This document shows positions 13,204-24,800 of a DNA stretch of 64,000 nucleotides, piece by piece. This stretch comes from Octopus vulgaris (taxonomy: Eukaryota): positions 59,272,001-59,336,000 of the forward strand of contig OX597827.1 of assembly GCA_951406725.2 (NCBI GenBank), written 5' to 3'. Below the pieces are notes generated by a model. The model was given only the letters and a program-made list of their open reading frames with translations, had not been told where the DNA came from and made no database searches. A program made the translations under genes and the position numbers. How positions within the stretch are numbered: position 1 is the stretch's first letter; every line of letters begins with the position of its first letter.

Positions 13204-14399
13204 TATAGAGATAAAAATTAGAAAAAAAGTTTGATATTAGTTATATACCATTACACATGTTTCATCGCCTAATAGGAACATGTACAAACATATATATGTA
13301 TATATATATGATGCAGGTGAAGTAAATCAAAATGTCAAAACCAGGTTGTGGTCATCTTATTGTTACTTGATCACACACATCCATTAGCATTGAAAAAGAA
13401 TCTCTTATGCTGTGTATTAGCAGTGTACAACATTTTTATTTTCATTTTTGTAAACATTTTTTTTTTCATCTCAAACATTTTTACATCTTTTGTTCCATAT
13501 GATAGGTGTAGGCCTGGTTGAGTGGTTACGAAGCTCACTTTGCAATATTTTAGGAAAGTGTCTTCTACTATAACCCTGGGGCCAGCCAATACCTTGCGAG
13601 TGAATTTGGTAGATGGAAGTTATGTGGAATAATTGTGCATGCATGCGTGTGTTTATGTTTGATTTTGTTTCCACCCACCCACCGTTTGATAACCAGTGTT
13701 GGTTTGTTTACGTTGCCATCACTTTGTAGTGCAGCAAGAGAGCCTGTAAGAATTAGTACCAGACTTTAAAAACATAAAATTAGTACTCGGATCGATTTGT
13801 TCGACAAAACCCTTCGTGGCAGTACCCCAGTGTGGCTGCAGTCCAATGACACAAACTAATCAAAATATAAAAGAAATAAGAAAAAAGATAGTAGCAGCCT
13901 AATTTCAGCAGGGTTTTCCTGTATAATTTGCTTGTCCCTTCCCTTTTTTTCCTTTCCATTTTTTTAAAGAAAAATCAAACAAACCATTCTTATGATTCGA
14001 ACACTGTGAGGCAATGGTACCTATTTATCAGCTAGGATTTCTTGAGACAAGAACAGTAATGTTTCCTTGACTGTGAACTCTATGCAACGTCAGTGTATGG
14101 CTGGATATGTCGTCATGAACTTTTAACTAATGCATTAATCAATTATTTCATTCTGAAGACCAAGGGCAAGGGTGTCCACCTTGTTAACTAGATGTCTTGT
14201 CCTACTAAGTTGTCACTGCTGATAGAACAACCAGACTTTCTTCAGCTGCATCCACCAGAAAATATCTCATCTTTCCAGGCAGGTCTGTAATTTTCTAAAC
14301 AGACACAAACACACACACACACACACATTTTTATATACAAATACACCCATGGTTCTCTAATGTGGTTCTATGCTGGGGCACTATTACAAAGCACATTTA

Positions 14400-14814
14400 C
14401 GATCTTTTCGGTTTGAACTGCAGTTTTTTCTAGCGGTGTCTTTGAAATTGTCACCCATAATTATGACCCTAGTATCGATCTATTGCATTTCAATGTGTTT
14501 TAGGGTTAGGGTTAGGGGTGGGGGGAAGGGTATCTTTTTTTTCTTCACAAATGTAAATAAACCCAATCTGTTTCTTAAACGAGGGACATATTCATACGGC
14601 ACAGAATGTTTTCACCTCAAATAGACATCACTGATTGGTTGAAATTACAGAAATTGAAGAAAAAACAGCAAATATCTTACAAACTATAGAATTTTCTCAA
14701 TAAAGCCAAGAGAAAAAGATGTTTTATAAACATATTCTACCAGTATATGAAGTTTAAAATTTTTTAGTTACCTAGAAATTATGTTAAAAACTGCCGTTCA
14801 AACCGAAAAGATCC
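14400..14814. mobile_element. Merlin-like MITE (GG ends, 8-bp TSD). Copies 30320-30727, 40120-40523, 61067-61396; partials 29930-30102, 34816-35055
   Basis: TIR GGATCTTTTCGGTTTGAACGGCAGTTTT. TSDs: CACATTTA here, GAAAAACA (40120 copy), CTATACTT (61067 copy). Superfamily inferred from GG ends and 8-bp TSD. Confidence 0.85.
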
Positions 14815-15326
14815 CACATTTACATATATTTATACATACTTAAATTCTTCTACTGAAACTTTCTAATATACATAAGCATGCATGTACTCATACATATCAT
14901 TACACACACACACACACATACATGCTGCTTTAGTGTAGTGCCATCATGGTGGATGGAGCTCTACTACAAGGCACTTGTACGCACATACATAACACTTCTC
15001 TATGGAAGCTTTCTCTGATGTAAATTACATAAATACATACATATATATATATGTATTTTAAGTTCAGTTATGATAAAACACAATTTTACATTAATCTGAT
15101 GAAAAACAATAATGTTGATAAACATCGATTTCAAAGTCTCAGCTTGTTAAGCCATCATCAGGCTTTCTGATGATGGTTCAACTGGTTGAAACTTCAAAGT
15201 GACTGTCAACATTATATATATATATATATTGGTAAAAACAGTAAGATAACAAAAGAAAGAAAGAGGCCTCAATATTATGTAAATAGAGGAAATTTATCTG
15301 TAAAATAATGTGACAATTATTCACTA

Positions 15327-15397
15327 GCCAAGATAAAACTCTGAGTTTCGGATGCCGAGGTGGAAATCCACAACACCATCTCTTCGGTTATCTGGCC
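15327..15397 (-). ncRNA. Minimal type I hammerhead ribozyme, variant core (CCGAAGA)
   Basis: - strand: AGATAA-CCGAAGA-GATG...GTGGA-TT-TCCAC...CATCc-GAAAC-TCAGA-GTT^-TTATCT. Stem I has 6 perfect pairs; stem III ACTCAGAGT is near-palindromic. Confidence 0.7.
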
Positions 15398-15828
15398 ATC
15401 TGAAAAGTCACATATTATTTTAGATATATATATATATATATATATGCATGTACAGTCACACATTTGGTGCTTTAGTGTGGATCTGCCCATACTACAGCAC
15501 TACTCGAAAATTCCATTACGTACATTTATACACTCTTATGCTCCCATAGTGAAACTTTACCGACTGTCCCTTCCAACACACTCCATATTCGGTGGGTTTT
15601 TTTGGGGGTGGGGGGTTAGTATACAGATGCTTACAACAAAACTTAACTCCCCCTCCCTATATTTCCTTGTTATTGTTGAATCAATTTTGACATGCATGGA
15701 AGAAGTCATAGCTGTCTATGACTGATTTTATAAACATTTACAATGAAAATGTTTTAATAAAAATGTTAAACTGAATTTTTGAATTGTGTGAATTCTTATT
15801 TGAATAGCTTGGTTATCTCTCTCCCACT

Positions 15829-15868
<40 letters not shown>

Positions 15869-16280
15869 CAAGCAAAACGCCCCCTGTCCAATGCTGAGTT
15901 GTCAAGCATTTAAACCAAATTTTCTCAAAACAACTTGTCCGACCGTCCCATTATGTGGCATTATTTCAAGCCACCTGGCTTCTTTTGCGCAAACTGCACA
16001 TGCATTTTTCTTGTGTATGCGTAGTATCAATTGCAACAGCTGATGTACTTGTGCATACAATTGCATGTTCCCATGGCTTTATCAATCGCATTCTCACCTG
16101 GAATCAATTTTTGTAATTTTTTCAAGACTTATACATGCCCTCATACCATCGGTATCTACATATCAAATTTGAACGCAATCAGATGGAGGATGCCCGAGAT
16201 CCTAGATGACACACACACAGACAGACAGAATGGATTTAATATAATAGATCTGTTGGCCAAGAGCTTGAATATTCATCTGC

Positions 16281-16690
16281 TAATGCCTGAAACAAAGTTT
16301 CTAATTATAACAGGGTTTTAAGTTCATGGATGTATACAGCTTCCTCATTAGACTTTCTGTAGGGGTAGTACTTACCCATGCTCAGGTTGGCTGTAATCGT
16401 TATGGACGGGCTGAAATCCTTGAATATTTTTATTAAGTCCTTCCTGGACTTGTCCATGACATGGCTGTTCATGTGGCTTGAGATTACCAGGCCATTGTCC
16501 CTATAGAGGGCTGACCTATGTGGATGTGTGCTTCTCTTGAGGGTGTCCAAGATGAATAACCTGACGAGGTTGGCAATCTCAGCCCTCTTGTAGCTCCCCA
16601 TAGAGACATTGAGCAGTGGATCACCTTTCTTCACCCAGAAGGAATCGTGGACAAGCATTAACTTTCTGGTATTCAAGATTTCTTATACTA
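16281..16690 (-). mobile_element. Penelope-like element RT fragment (degenerate)
   Basis: NVSMGSYKRAEIANLVRLFIL...ALYRDNGL...KDLIKIFK...ITITANL...YYPYRKSNEEAVYIH, matching PLE RT blocks (MGS..GAE, LYRDDG, PY.KPN...YIH). Confidence 0.8.
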
Positions 16691-17016
16691 GTGAAGTGTT
16701 CAACAAAACTTAAGGTCTTCGGTGGGTGGGTGGCGAGGTAGTGTCTTTGGTATAGGTGGGTAGAAGCCTGTGATGTTAAACTGGGTGAATCTGCAGGCTG
16801 ATTTATCCTCGATACTATGGAACCAGTCAATCACAGCTATACTGGAATCCCATTGAGTCAGCCTCATAGCCCTTCTGATGTCGGAGTTGATGGTATTAAG
16901 AATAGGTTAGCCGTACCCTTCTATATAAAAGCCCCTCCCCCTGAAGGTCCTACGTTTTGCTGAGCAATTCACCAGTACAATTCATGAGCATCTCGATGTC
17001 AGAATCCTCATGAATG

Positions 17017-17650
17017 TCAAAAACAATCCTGGTCCATAATGATTCCTTCTGGGTGGAGAAAGGTGATCCACAGTACAATGTCCCTATGGAGGGCTACAAG
17101 AAGCACACATTCACATAGGTTGGCCCTCTGTAGAGACAACAGCCATGCCATGGACAAGTTCAGGAAGGATTTAATAAAAATATTTAAGAAATTCAGCCTG
17201 TCTGTAACAGTTACCATGGAAGCACATGGCCTAGTTGTTAGAGCAGCGGGTTCGAATCTCAGACTGAGCGATGAGTGTGTTTATGAGCGAAGCACCTAAG
17301 CTCTACACGGCTCCAGCAGAAGGTAATGGTGAACTTCTGACTCTTTCGCCACAACTTTCTCTCACTCTTTCCTCCTGCATGTTGCAGCTCACGTTTGTCC
17401 CGTCCAGGTGGGGAACCTATACGCCAAGGAAACTGGGAAACTGGCCCTATGAGCCAGGCATGGCTCAAGAAGGAACAAACAAATAAGTTACCAGCAACCT
17501 GACAATGGTCAATTTCTTGGATGTAACCTTAGATCTGAACATGGGTAAGTACTACTCCTACAGAAAGCCTAATGAGGAAACTGTATACATCCACAAGAAC
17601 TCGAAACCCACTACCCACCACTATAATTATAAACCTTGTCTCAGGCATTA
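17017..17650 (+). mobile_element. Penelope-like element RT fragment, inverted partner of 16281-16690, interrupted by a SINE
   Basis: ALCRDN...DKFRKDLIKIFKKFSLSVTV [SINE] SNLTMVNFLDVTLDLNMGKYYSYRKPNEETVYIHKNS. Confidence 0.8.
17217..17485 (+). mobile_element. tRNA-headed SINE (family C) with TSD; related copy 21360-21658(-)
   Basis: TGGCCTAGTTGTTAGAGCAGCGGGTTCGAATC head, (AAC)-type tail, TSD AGTTACCA at 17209-17216 and 17486-17493. Confidence 0.85.
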
Positions 17651-17671
17651 ATGTGTGTGTGTGTATATGTG

Positions 17672-17721
<50 letters not shown>

Positions 17722-19437
17722 CATGCACACACACATTTATACATTTGGTTGTGTGGTAAGAAATCTGTTTCTCAACCACATGGTTTCTGGGTTCAGTCCT
17801 ACAACATGACACCTTCGACAAGTGTCTTCTACTATAGCCTGAGGCTGACCAAAAGCCTTGTGAGGGAATTTGATAGATGGGAACTGAAAGAAACATATAT
17901 ATATATATATTTAAGTGTTTGGAGCATAAGTGAACATGAAATTTTGATGGATGATTTTAATACGTATGGTATTCTTTAGTGGACAGTTAATGCAAGGGAG
18001 ATAATCATTTCTGCATAAAACTTGGTGAGATTAGAAATTTAGATTTGAACTTGAGGAATGAGGGGAAAAAATACATAGACTACACATAATCTTTTTTTCT
18101 CTTCTTGTTGTTGCTTTCTTATTACAAAGTTCTTAAAGTTTCTAATCAGTGGTGATCATATATAGCATTCATTCTTTGAAATCATCATCACAACATAACC
18201 TAAGATCTATTAACTCTTAATGTCATAAACTGCTCCAATCTGCAGTAGACACTCATTCATGAACCGCTTGAAAACGCGTCTCATCACTAGGTACACAAAC
18301 GGGTTGCACAGGATATGATCCATAACATTTTACAGTCACGTATGCACACAGACGGCTTCGTAAAAATTATTACATTCTAAACATACCAGGCGCAGGAGTG
18401 GCAGTGTGGTAAGTAGCTTGCTTACCAACCACATGGTTCCGGGTTCAGTCCCACTGCGTGGCACCTTGGGCGAGTGTCTTCTACTATAGCCTTGGGCTGA
18501 CCAAAGCCTTTTGAGTGGATTTGGTAGACGGAAACTGAAAGAAGCCCGTCGTATGTATATGTCTGTGTTTGTCCCCCCAACATCGCTTGACAACCGATGC
18601 TGGTGTGTTTACGTCCCCGTAACTTAGCGGTTCGGCAAAAGAGACTGATAGAATAAGTACTAGGCTTACAAAGAATAAGTCCTGGAGTTGATTTGCTCGA
18701 CTAAAGGTGGTGCTCCAGCATGGCCACAGTCAAATGACTAAAACAAATATAAGAGTATATGAGTTAATTACCAACCTGTTTTTAGTCTCTTTTGCCAAAT
18801 TTTTCTATGAACCAGGATTTAAAACACAAATAACTGTACATGAGAGTAAGAGTTAAAACAAAAAGTTTGTGTTTCAGAACCAGGGGCGATCTCAGGTGGG
18901 TTGGTATTAAAAGGGTTAAACAGAACATCAATCTCGCAAGTTTGCGAAGGCTGCCAAAGACAGGCATTGCCTTATTTGACTAAATTTAAAACAAAAGAAA
19001 TTTTAAATCTTTCTCTGCAGTAGCAATGGATGAAAATAGTACATCCACAGGAGTGACAGCATTCCCAATTTTCCATTTCAGGTGTAGCTTAGAATATCTG
19101 ACATCCTTCCCAATCTCAACCTCATGGACCTTATTAACATACCCGTAGTTCCTAAAATCCATTTTCATTATGTATTTGTAATTCTGTGGAAAACATTTGG
19201 GTGCAGGCATAGCTGTAGGTACATACATGGATAGGTGTATGGTTAAGAAGTTTGCTTCCCAACCGGGTGGTTTCAGGTTCAGTCCTACTGCATGGTATCT
19301 TAGGTAAGTGTCTTCTATAGATCCAGGCTGACCATAACTTTGTGAGGGAATTTGTTACATGGAAAATGAAAGAAGCCTGATACAATTTCCAGTCTTTGAT
19401 CACATATATATACACACACATATATATATACACACAC

Positions 19438-19481
<44 letters not shown>

Positions 19482-20415
19482 CACACATATATATATATTA
19501 AATCAAAGACTGGAATTTATAGTATTATTTTTAATTCTGTACTACATTTTTAAAAATAATACCTTAAACTCCAGTCTTTGATTTAATGCATTCTTATTCA
19601 GCAGTCACATACTTGGCCTGGAATCTCAGCTTGCATGGACAGTTTTATTCTTAAACCATTTACAGGTATGCAATTGATGGTCAGTATTACAGAAATGCTT
19701 TCTGAAAATACAGCTTGACTTTTCATCCCTTTTACTTGCTATACACAGACACATCATCATCATCATTTAACATCTGTTTTCCATGCTGGCATGGGTGAGA
19801 TGGTTTGACTGATACTAGTAAACCAGAGGACTGCACAGACTCCAGTCGTCTGCTGGACGTTCTTCCTAATGCCAACCACTTTACAGAGTGTATTGGGTAT
19901 TTTTTACAAGTTACTGGCACAAGCACACACACATACATATGAAACAATGTATATGTGCATGGGTGCTTACATAATGGTTGTAAATGGGTGTCACCATCAT
20001 ATAAGCAGTGTCATTCATTTCTAGTTTTCTGTGAAAATATATCAAGCTACAATGAAATTTTACCTTGCTTAGAAACAAGGTTGACAATTGAAAGGACATC
20101 CAGTTGTAGAAAAGGCGGTGAGGTGGCAGAATTGTTAGCACGCCGAGCGAAATGCTTTGCGGTATTTCGTCTGCCGCTATGTTCTGAGTTCAAATTCCGC
20201 CGAGTTCGACTTTGCCTTTCATCCTTTCGGGGTCAATTAAATAAGTACCAGTTACGCATTGGGGTCGATGTAATCGACTTAATCTGTTTGTCTTTCCTTG
20301 TTTGTCCCCTCTGTGTGTAGCCCCTTGTGGGCAGTAAAGAAATAAGAAAATGTGCTTCAACAAATTCTACCTTACTCATGCAAGCATAGAAAAGAAATCA
20401 TTAAATTATGATGAA

Positions 20416-20603
20416 CACACTGGAAAGTCCTCTCACTGGTGTGAGTTTTACATGGGTATTTTGAAGTGGTAGGTCTATGAAGAGCTCTTTCTAGAGGTTG
20501 AACAATGGTATGGGGCTTCTCTTCTGCGTGTTCTGCTTTTTGATTCACTCAAGTTCAGCCCTCCAACTTCACAATACTTTTTAATTTCCTTTGAAGAATC
20601 CAT
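20416..20603 (-). pseudogene. Decayed partial duplicate of the neighbouring C2H2 zinc-finger gene
   Basis: Aligns to 23462-23663 (TTTTTAATTTCCTTTGAAGAATCCAT and TTCACTCAAGTTCAG are shared). Starts MDSSKEIKKYCEV; indels destroy the fingers. Confidence 0.8.
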
Positions 20604-20976
20604 TTAAATAAGATAACTTCATTCCGAGTTTTAAATTAACATGACAATTATTGAAATGTTACACCATCATTGTTATTTCAATGTTCAATTGCTCATGCTT
20701 GCATGAGTCAAGTGGAATTTGTTAAGGCAAATTCTATATAACAGGATGCCCTTGTTGCCAACCCTAACCCATTTCCAAGCAAGGTGATATTTCCCTATAA
20801 CCAGACACTTTCATGAAAGTTTAGAAATGAATTGTTTGTTGGTGACACACGTTTACAATTATAGAGCAATGTCAAGCAGACACAAACACATATAATATAT
20901 ATATAGTAGTAGTAGTAGTAACAGAAAAGAGGAATTTCGATTATCCCCACGTGGTGAGTTGTAATGTATATAAGAA

Positions 20977-21260
20977 ATAAAAAAGGAAAATTTGCACACT
21001 TACACAGTTTTAATATAATTTTTAATATATCGACCGGTTTCGCTATTGCTATTCATGATATTATGTTTTACTTATTTGAATATATATTTTTTCTTAAGAA
21101 GAAATTTCATCACACACATGAACAAAATTTCTTCTTAAGAAAAAATATATATTCAAATAAATAAAACATAATATCATGAATAGCGATAGTGAAACCAGTC
21201 GATATATTAAAAATTATATTAAAACTATGTAAGTGTAAGTGTGCATATTTTCCTTTTTTT
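20977..21260. repeat. Long near-perfect inverted repeat (~130-bp arms)
   Basis: Arms ~20977-21107 and ~21125-21260 are reverse complements with few mismatches; each carries GAAACC(G/A)GTC. Confidence 0.9.
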
Positions 21261-23111
21261 ATATATATATGTGCATGTGTGTGTATAAGCATATATATAT
21301 ATATACACACACACACAAATGTATAGATACATATATGTGTGTGTATATATATATATATGTTTGTTCCTTCTTGAATCATGCCTGGCTCATAGGGCCGGTT
21401 TCCTGGTTTCCTTGACGTATAGGTTCCCCACCTGGACGTGACACTGGTCCATCACAGGTGAGCTGCAAGATGCAGGAGGAAAGAGTGAGAGAAAGTTGTG
21501 GTGAAAGAGTCAACAGAAGTTCGCCATTACCTTCTGCTGGAGCCGCGTGGAGCGTAGGTGTTTTGCTCACAAACACACATATCACCCGGTCTGAAATTCG
21601 AACCAGCGATCCCTCAACCGCGAGTCTGCTGCTCTAACCACTAGGCCATGTGCCTCCACCTTTATATGTGTGTGTGTGTGTGTATGTTCATTCATTCATG
21701 TATGCATGTATGTAACCAATAGGCTTCTTTCAGTTTCCATTTACCAAATCTATTCATAAAATTCTGGTTGGCCTGAAGCTGTAGTAGAAAATACTTGCCC
21801 CAAGCTGCCATGAAGTTTGGGAAGCAAACTTCTTAACTATGCACTGAAATAATCAAGGGTCAAGTAGAAGACCATCTGTCCATCTGTATCCAGACAAAAT
21901 CATATATTGACATACACATACTCACAGGATTTTAAAAACAGTTACACAAAATAATATAACTTTTTACTATGATATCAGTTTGGAGTATATTTACTGAAAT
22001 CAGAAAAAGGTACATACACAGATGTGCGCACATACTCTTTTGACATTGTTGCATACAAGCATGGCTAGGACACAATAATATTGATTGCTTTCGACAAGGC
22101 ACAAGGCCGAATGTTTCATTTGTGGTAGTCAATTAAATTGATTGCAATATATTACTGGCACTTATTTTAACAACCTGAGTAGGAATTCAACAGTGAAAAG
22201 TGAGGTATTAAACCAGCAACATTAAAGCATTCAATCTGAAATTTTTCAGTCTCATCCATTTCCATGATTCTCAAGAAATAACATAATTAAAGCACCAGAG
22301 TCATGAATTCTAAGAAATGCTACCAGAAGCAAATATAAGAACCAGCCACATATAAAATACTGAAGTCATCAAAACTACTAGATTTCCTATGAATTTAAAA
22401 CAATTGTTTCACAGAAATCTTCACTCCACCACAGATATACAGAATATATTTATTTTTGTTCTTGTGGTGCACTGCTACAAAATATACAACCACCAAACCT
22501 CATCAATAAAATATTCACCATCAAAATTTCTCTATGACTCCTAAAAGGTGATTGCTTCATATATAGTTTCAAATCTCATAAAATTTATATATTTCTCAAC
22601 AATATTCAATATTCATGTGATATGTATTTTTGTTTCAAATTAATGAATATTAAAAAATTTTCAGTCATTGGCAGGTTTTTAAAAAAAAATGATTGCTTTC
22701 TTTTTAAAGTTCTGTTTGTTACTTTAAAAAGTAAAAAATAACATTAAAAAGTCACATGTTATCTACAAGACACCTTATTCAAAGATGGACATGACTCTTG
22801 TGTAATTCATTTCCTGAAACTCTGTTGATGCTCTTTGGCTGCTATCTCATCTTAGAACAATTACATAGTAAGTTGGAGTGATTTCTTCATAACCTCGTCT
22901 TAATATGTGCTCATAATATAATTCACATATATATATTATCTTCTCATAACATAATCTCAGGTTAATCTTTTCTGAAAAAAGACATAAACATACTTAAATA
23001 TTTTTCTGTTAACTGGTGTTAGACCAATTCCTAGTATGCTATTCAATATATTTTTACCTTTCCACAGATACCATGAACTTCTCTGATGTTTTGAATTCTT
23101 TTTTTGATCTA

Positions 23112-23663
23112 CTAGAAAATTTCTTTCCATACTTCTAAATTTGCTTTATTTGCATGAGAATTCATGTGGATTTGTAAAGATTTGTCCTCTGAGAACTCGC
23201 TCCCACATATCAAGCAGTAGTACTGTTCGTCTTTTGAACTTGTCTTGCTGGACAGCTTTGTTGATGTGTCTGTCTTTGGACTTTCTGGCAAATCACAGTC
23301 GGATACAGCTTTTTTCATGTGCATGAAAATATGTGAGTCTAACTGTGATTTTTTAGAAAATTTCTTTTCACAAAAGTGACACTGGTAAGGTCTCTCGCCC
23401 GTATGTATTCGTTTGTGAATTTTGCAACTGTAATTCTGTGAGAAAGATTTCTTACATATATCACACTGGAATGGTCGCTCACCCGTGTGAGTACGCATGT
23501 GTATTTTAAGGCTGTAGTTCTGTGAAAAGCTCTTCCCACATGTTGAACAATGGTACGGTGTCTCCCCTGTGTGTGTTCGTATGTGTCTTTTAAGGCTACT
23601 CGCTTCACTCAAGTTCAGTCCACAAACTTCACAGAAGTTTTTAATTTCCTTTGAAGAATCCAT
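23112..23663 (-). CDS. C2H2 zinc-finger protein, 183 aa (4 tandem fingers plus 1 C-terminal finger)
   Basis: First in-frame ATG (MDSSKEIKNFC) at 23663. CxxC-x12-HxxxH repeats with TGE(T/R)P linkers; stop at 23112-23114. Likely upstream acceptor tactttcAG|G at 23942/23941. Confidence 0.9.
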   Translation of the reverse strand: MDSSKEIKNFCEVCGLNLSEASSLKRHIRTHTGETPYHCSTCGKSFSQNYSLKIHMRTHTGERPFQCDICKKSFSQNYSCKIHKRIHTGERPYQCHFCEKKFSKKSQLDSHIFMHMKKAVSDCDLPESPKTDTSTKLSSKTSSKDEQYYCLICGSEFSEDKSLQIHMNSHANKANLEVWKEIF

Positions 23664-24084
23664 TCCAGGCTTAGCTGAAGTTTTCAAAAGTTCACAATTT
23701 TTAAATCTTAAAATAAGATTAGATGTGCTGGATTGGTTACCGGAGATAACAGCAAGATACACAACTAAACAAATTCAAATACTTTTTAATCAGTCTTTCC
23801 TTCAGGCGGGGTTTTCTTTGACTTATGCTCCATCATAACTTTAAGGGATTGTCAAAACTTCAGTAGACATTTTGACGTTGATATGTTGTAGATTACTGAG
23901 ATAGGCGAATACTTCTTAAAGTAAGACCAGACATGTTAAACCTGAAAGTAAATTAAACAAAAAATTAACATATAATATAAATAGCTTCATTTCTAATCGA
24001 ACACCACCACCACCACCGACAATGTTATGATTACACTATAATAGTGTGTGTGTGTGAAAGAGAGAAAGAACTTTTGTGTAGCCA

Positions 24085-24800
24085 CTCAGCATGTTAGAAA
24101 CAGCAGCTACATCTTCCTCAAACTGTACTTTACTATTTTGAAAAAAAGAAGGGCACACTGAATGATGCAGTCCTAGATTCATTATGTAAAACCAGGAAGT
24201 AAATTAAACTGGGTTCCTTCATAATCTACTATGATCACCACATTACACAAGTATCTACATTGTCGCTAAAAGTAGCAGCCAAATCTCTCTAAAATTGTAC
24301 GCTACAATTTTAAAAAAATAATGGACATACTGAATAAAGTGACTTCTGACACACTGTATCTGAAAAGAGGGACGGTCACAGTTAGAGTAGCTTTCATTAT
24401 AGGTAAGAGTTGATATGGGGCTAAACAACGCTGAGCCAACAAGGGAGTTCCTATATACCTGCTTGATCTGTTACAAGTAGCAGTAAAATCTCTCTTCAAT
24501 CAGGTCTTACTTCAATAAAGTAATATGACAAGGGAGGATACTCCTAGATACACTGTACGAAATAAAAGACGTGATGGTCACAACTAGAAAGTCTTTGGAA
24601 AGTACGAATCAAAGTCGCGAGAGGCCTCTAAGTGATCGCTTGACCTGCAAGAGATAGCAACCAATCCCCTCTCAAACCGCACCCTACCGTTAAAAAACAA
24701 CACAGATGGATGCGTACGATAATGTAGTCTAGATACTATGCCAGAAGAAAAGATGGGATGGTATAGGCATGGCAGGAATGCGATCTGTTTGCTCGATCAG
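24085..24800. repeat. About four degenerate tandem units (~170-205 bp) of a dispersed repeat
   Basis: Anchor (A)GTAGCAGC(C)AAATCTC recurs at ~24100, 24272, 24477 and 24654, each followed by ...GTCCTAGATACAC...-like sequence. Monomers also at ~10670, 51200 and 54170. Confidence 0.6.

Noticed and set aside
14500-14520. Telomere or chromosome-fusion relic
   Set aside because: Only a few TTAGGG units, internal to a multi-copy MITE.
18260-18290. GAAAACGCGTC hammerhead-like half
   Set aside because: No upstream CTGANGA and no stem I.
23664-23762. GTG-initiated N-terminal extension of the zinc-finger ORF
   Set aside because: Prokaryote-style start call. The first ATG is at 23663, and similarity to the duplicate also stops there.
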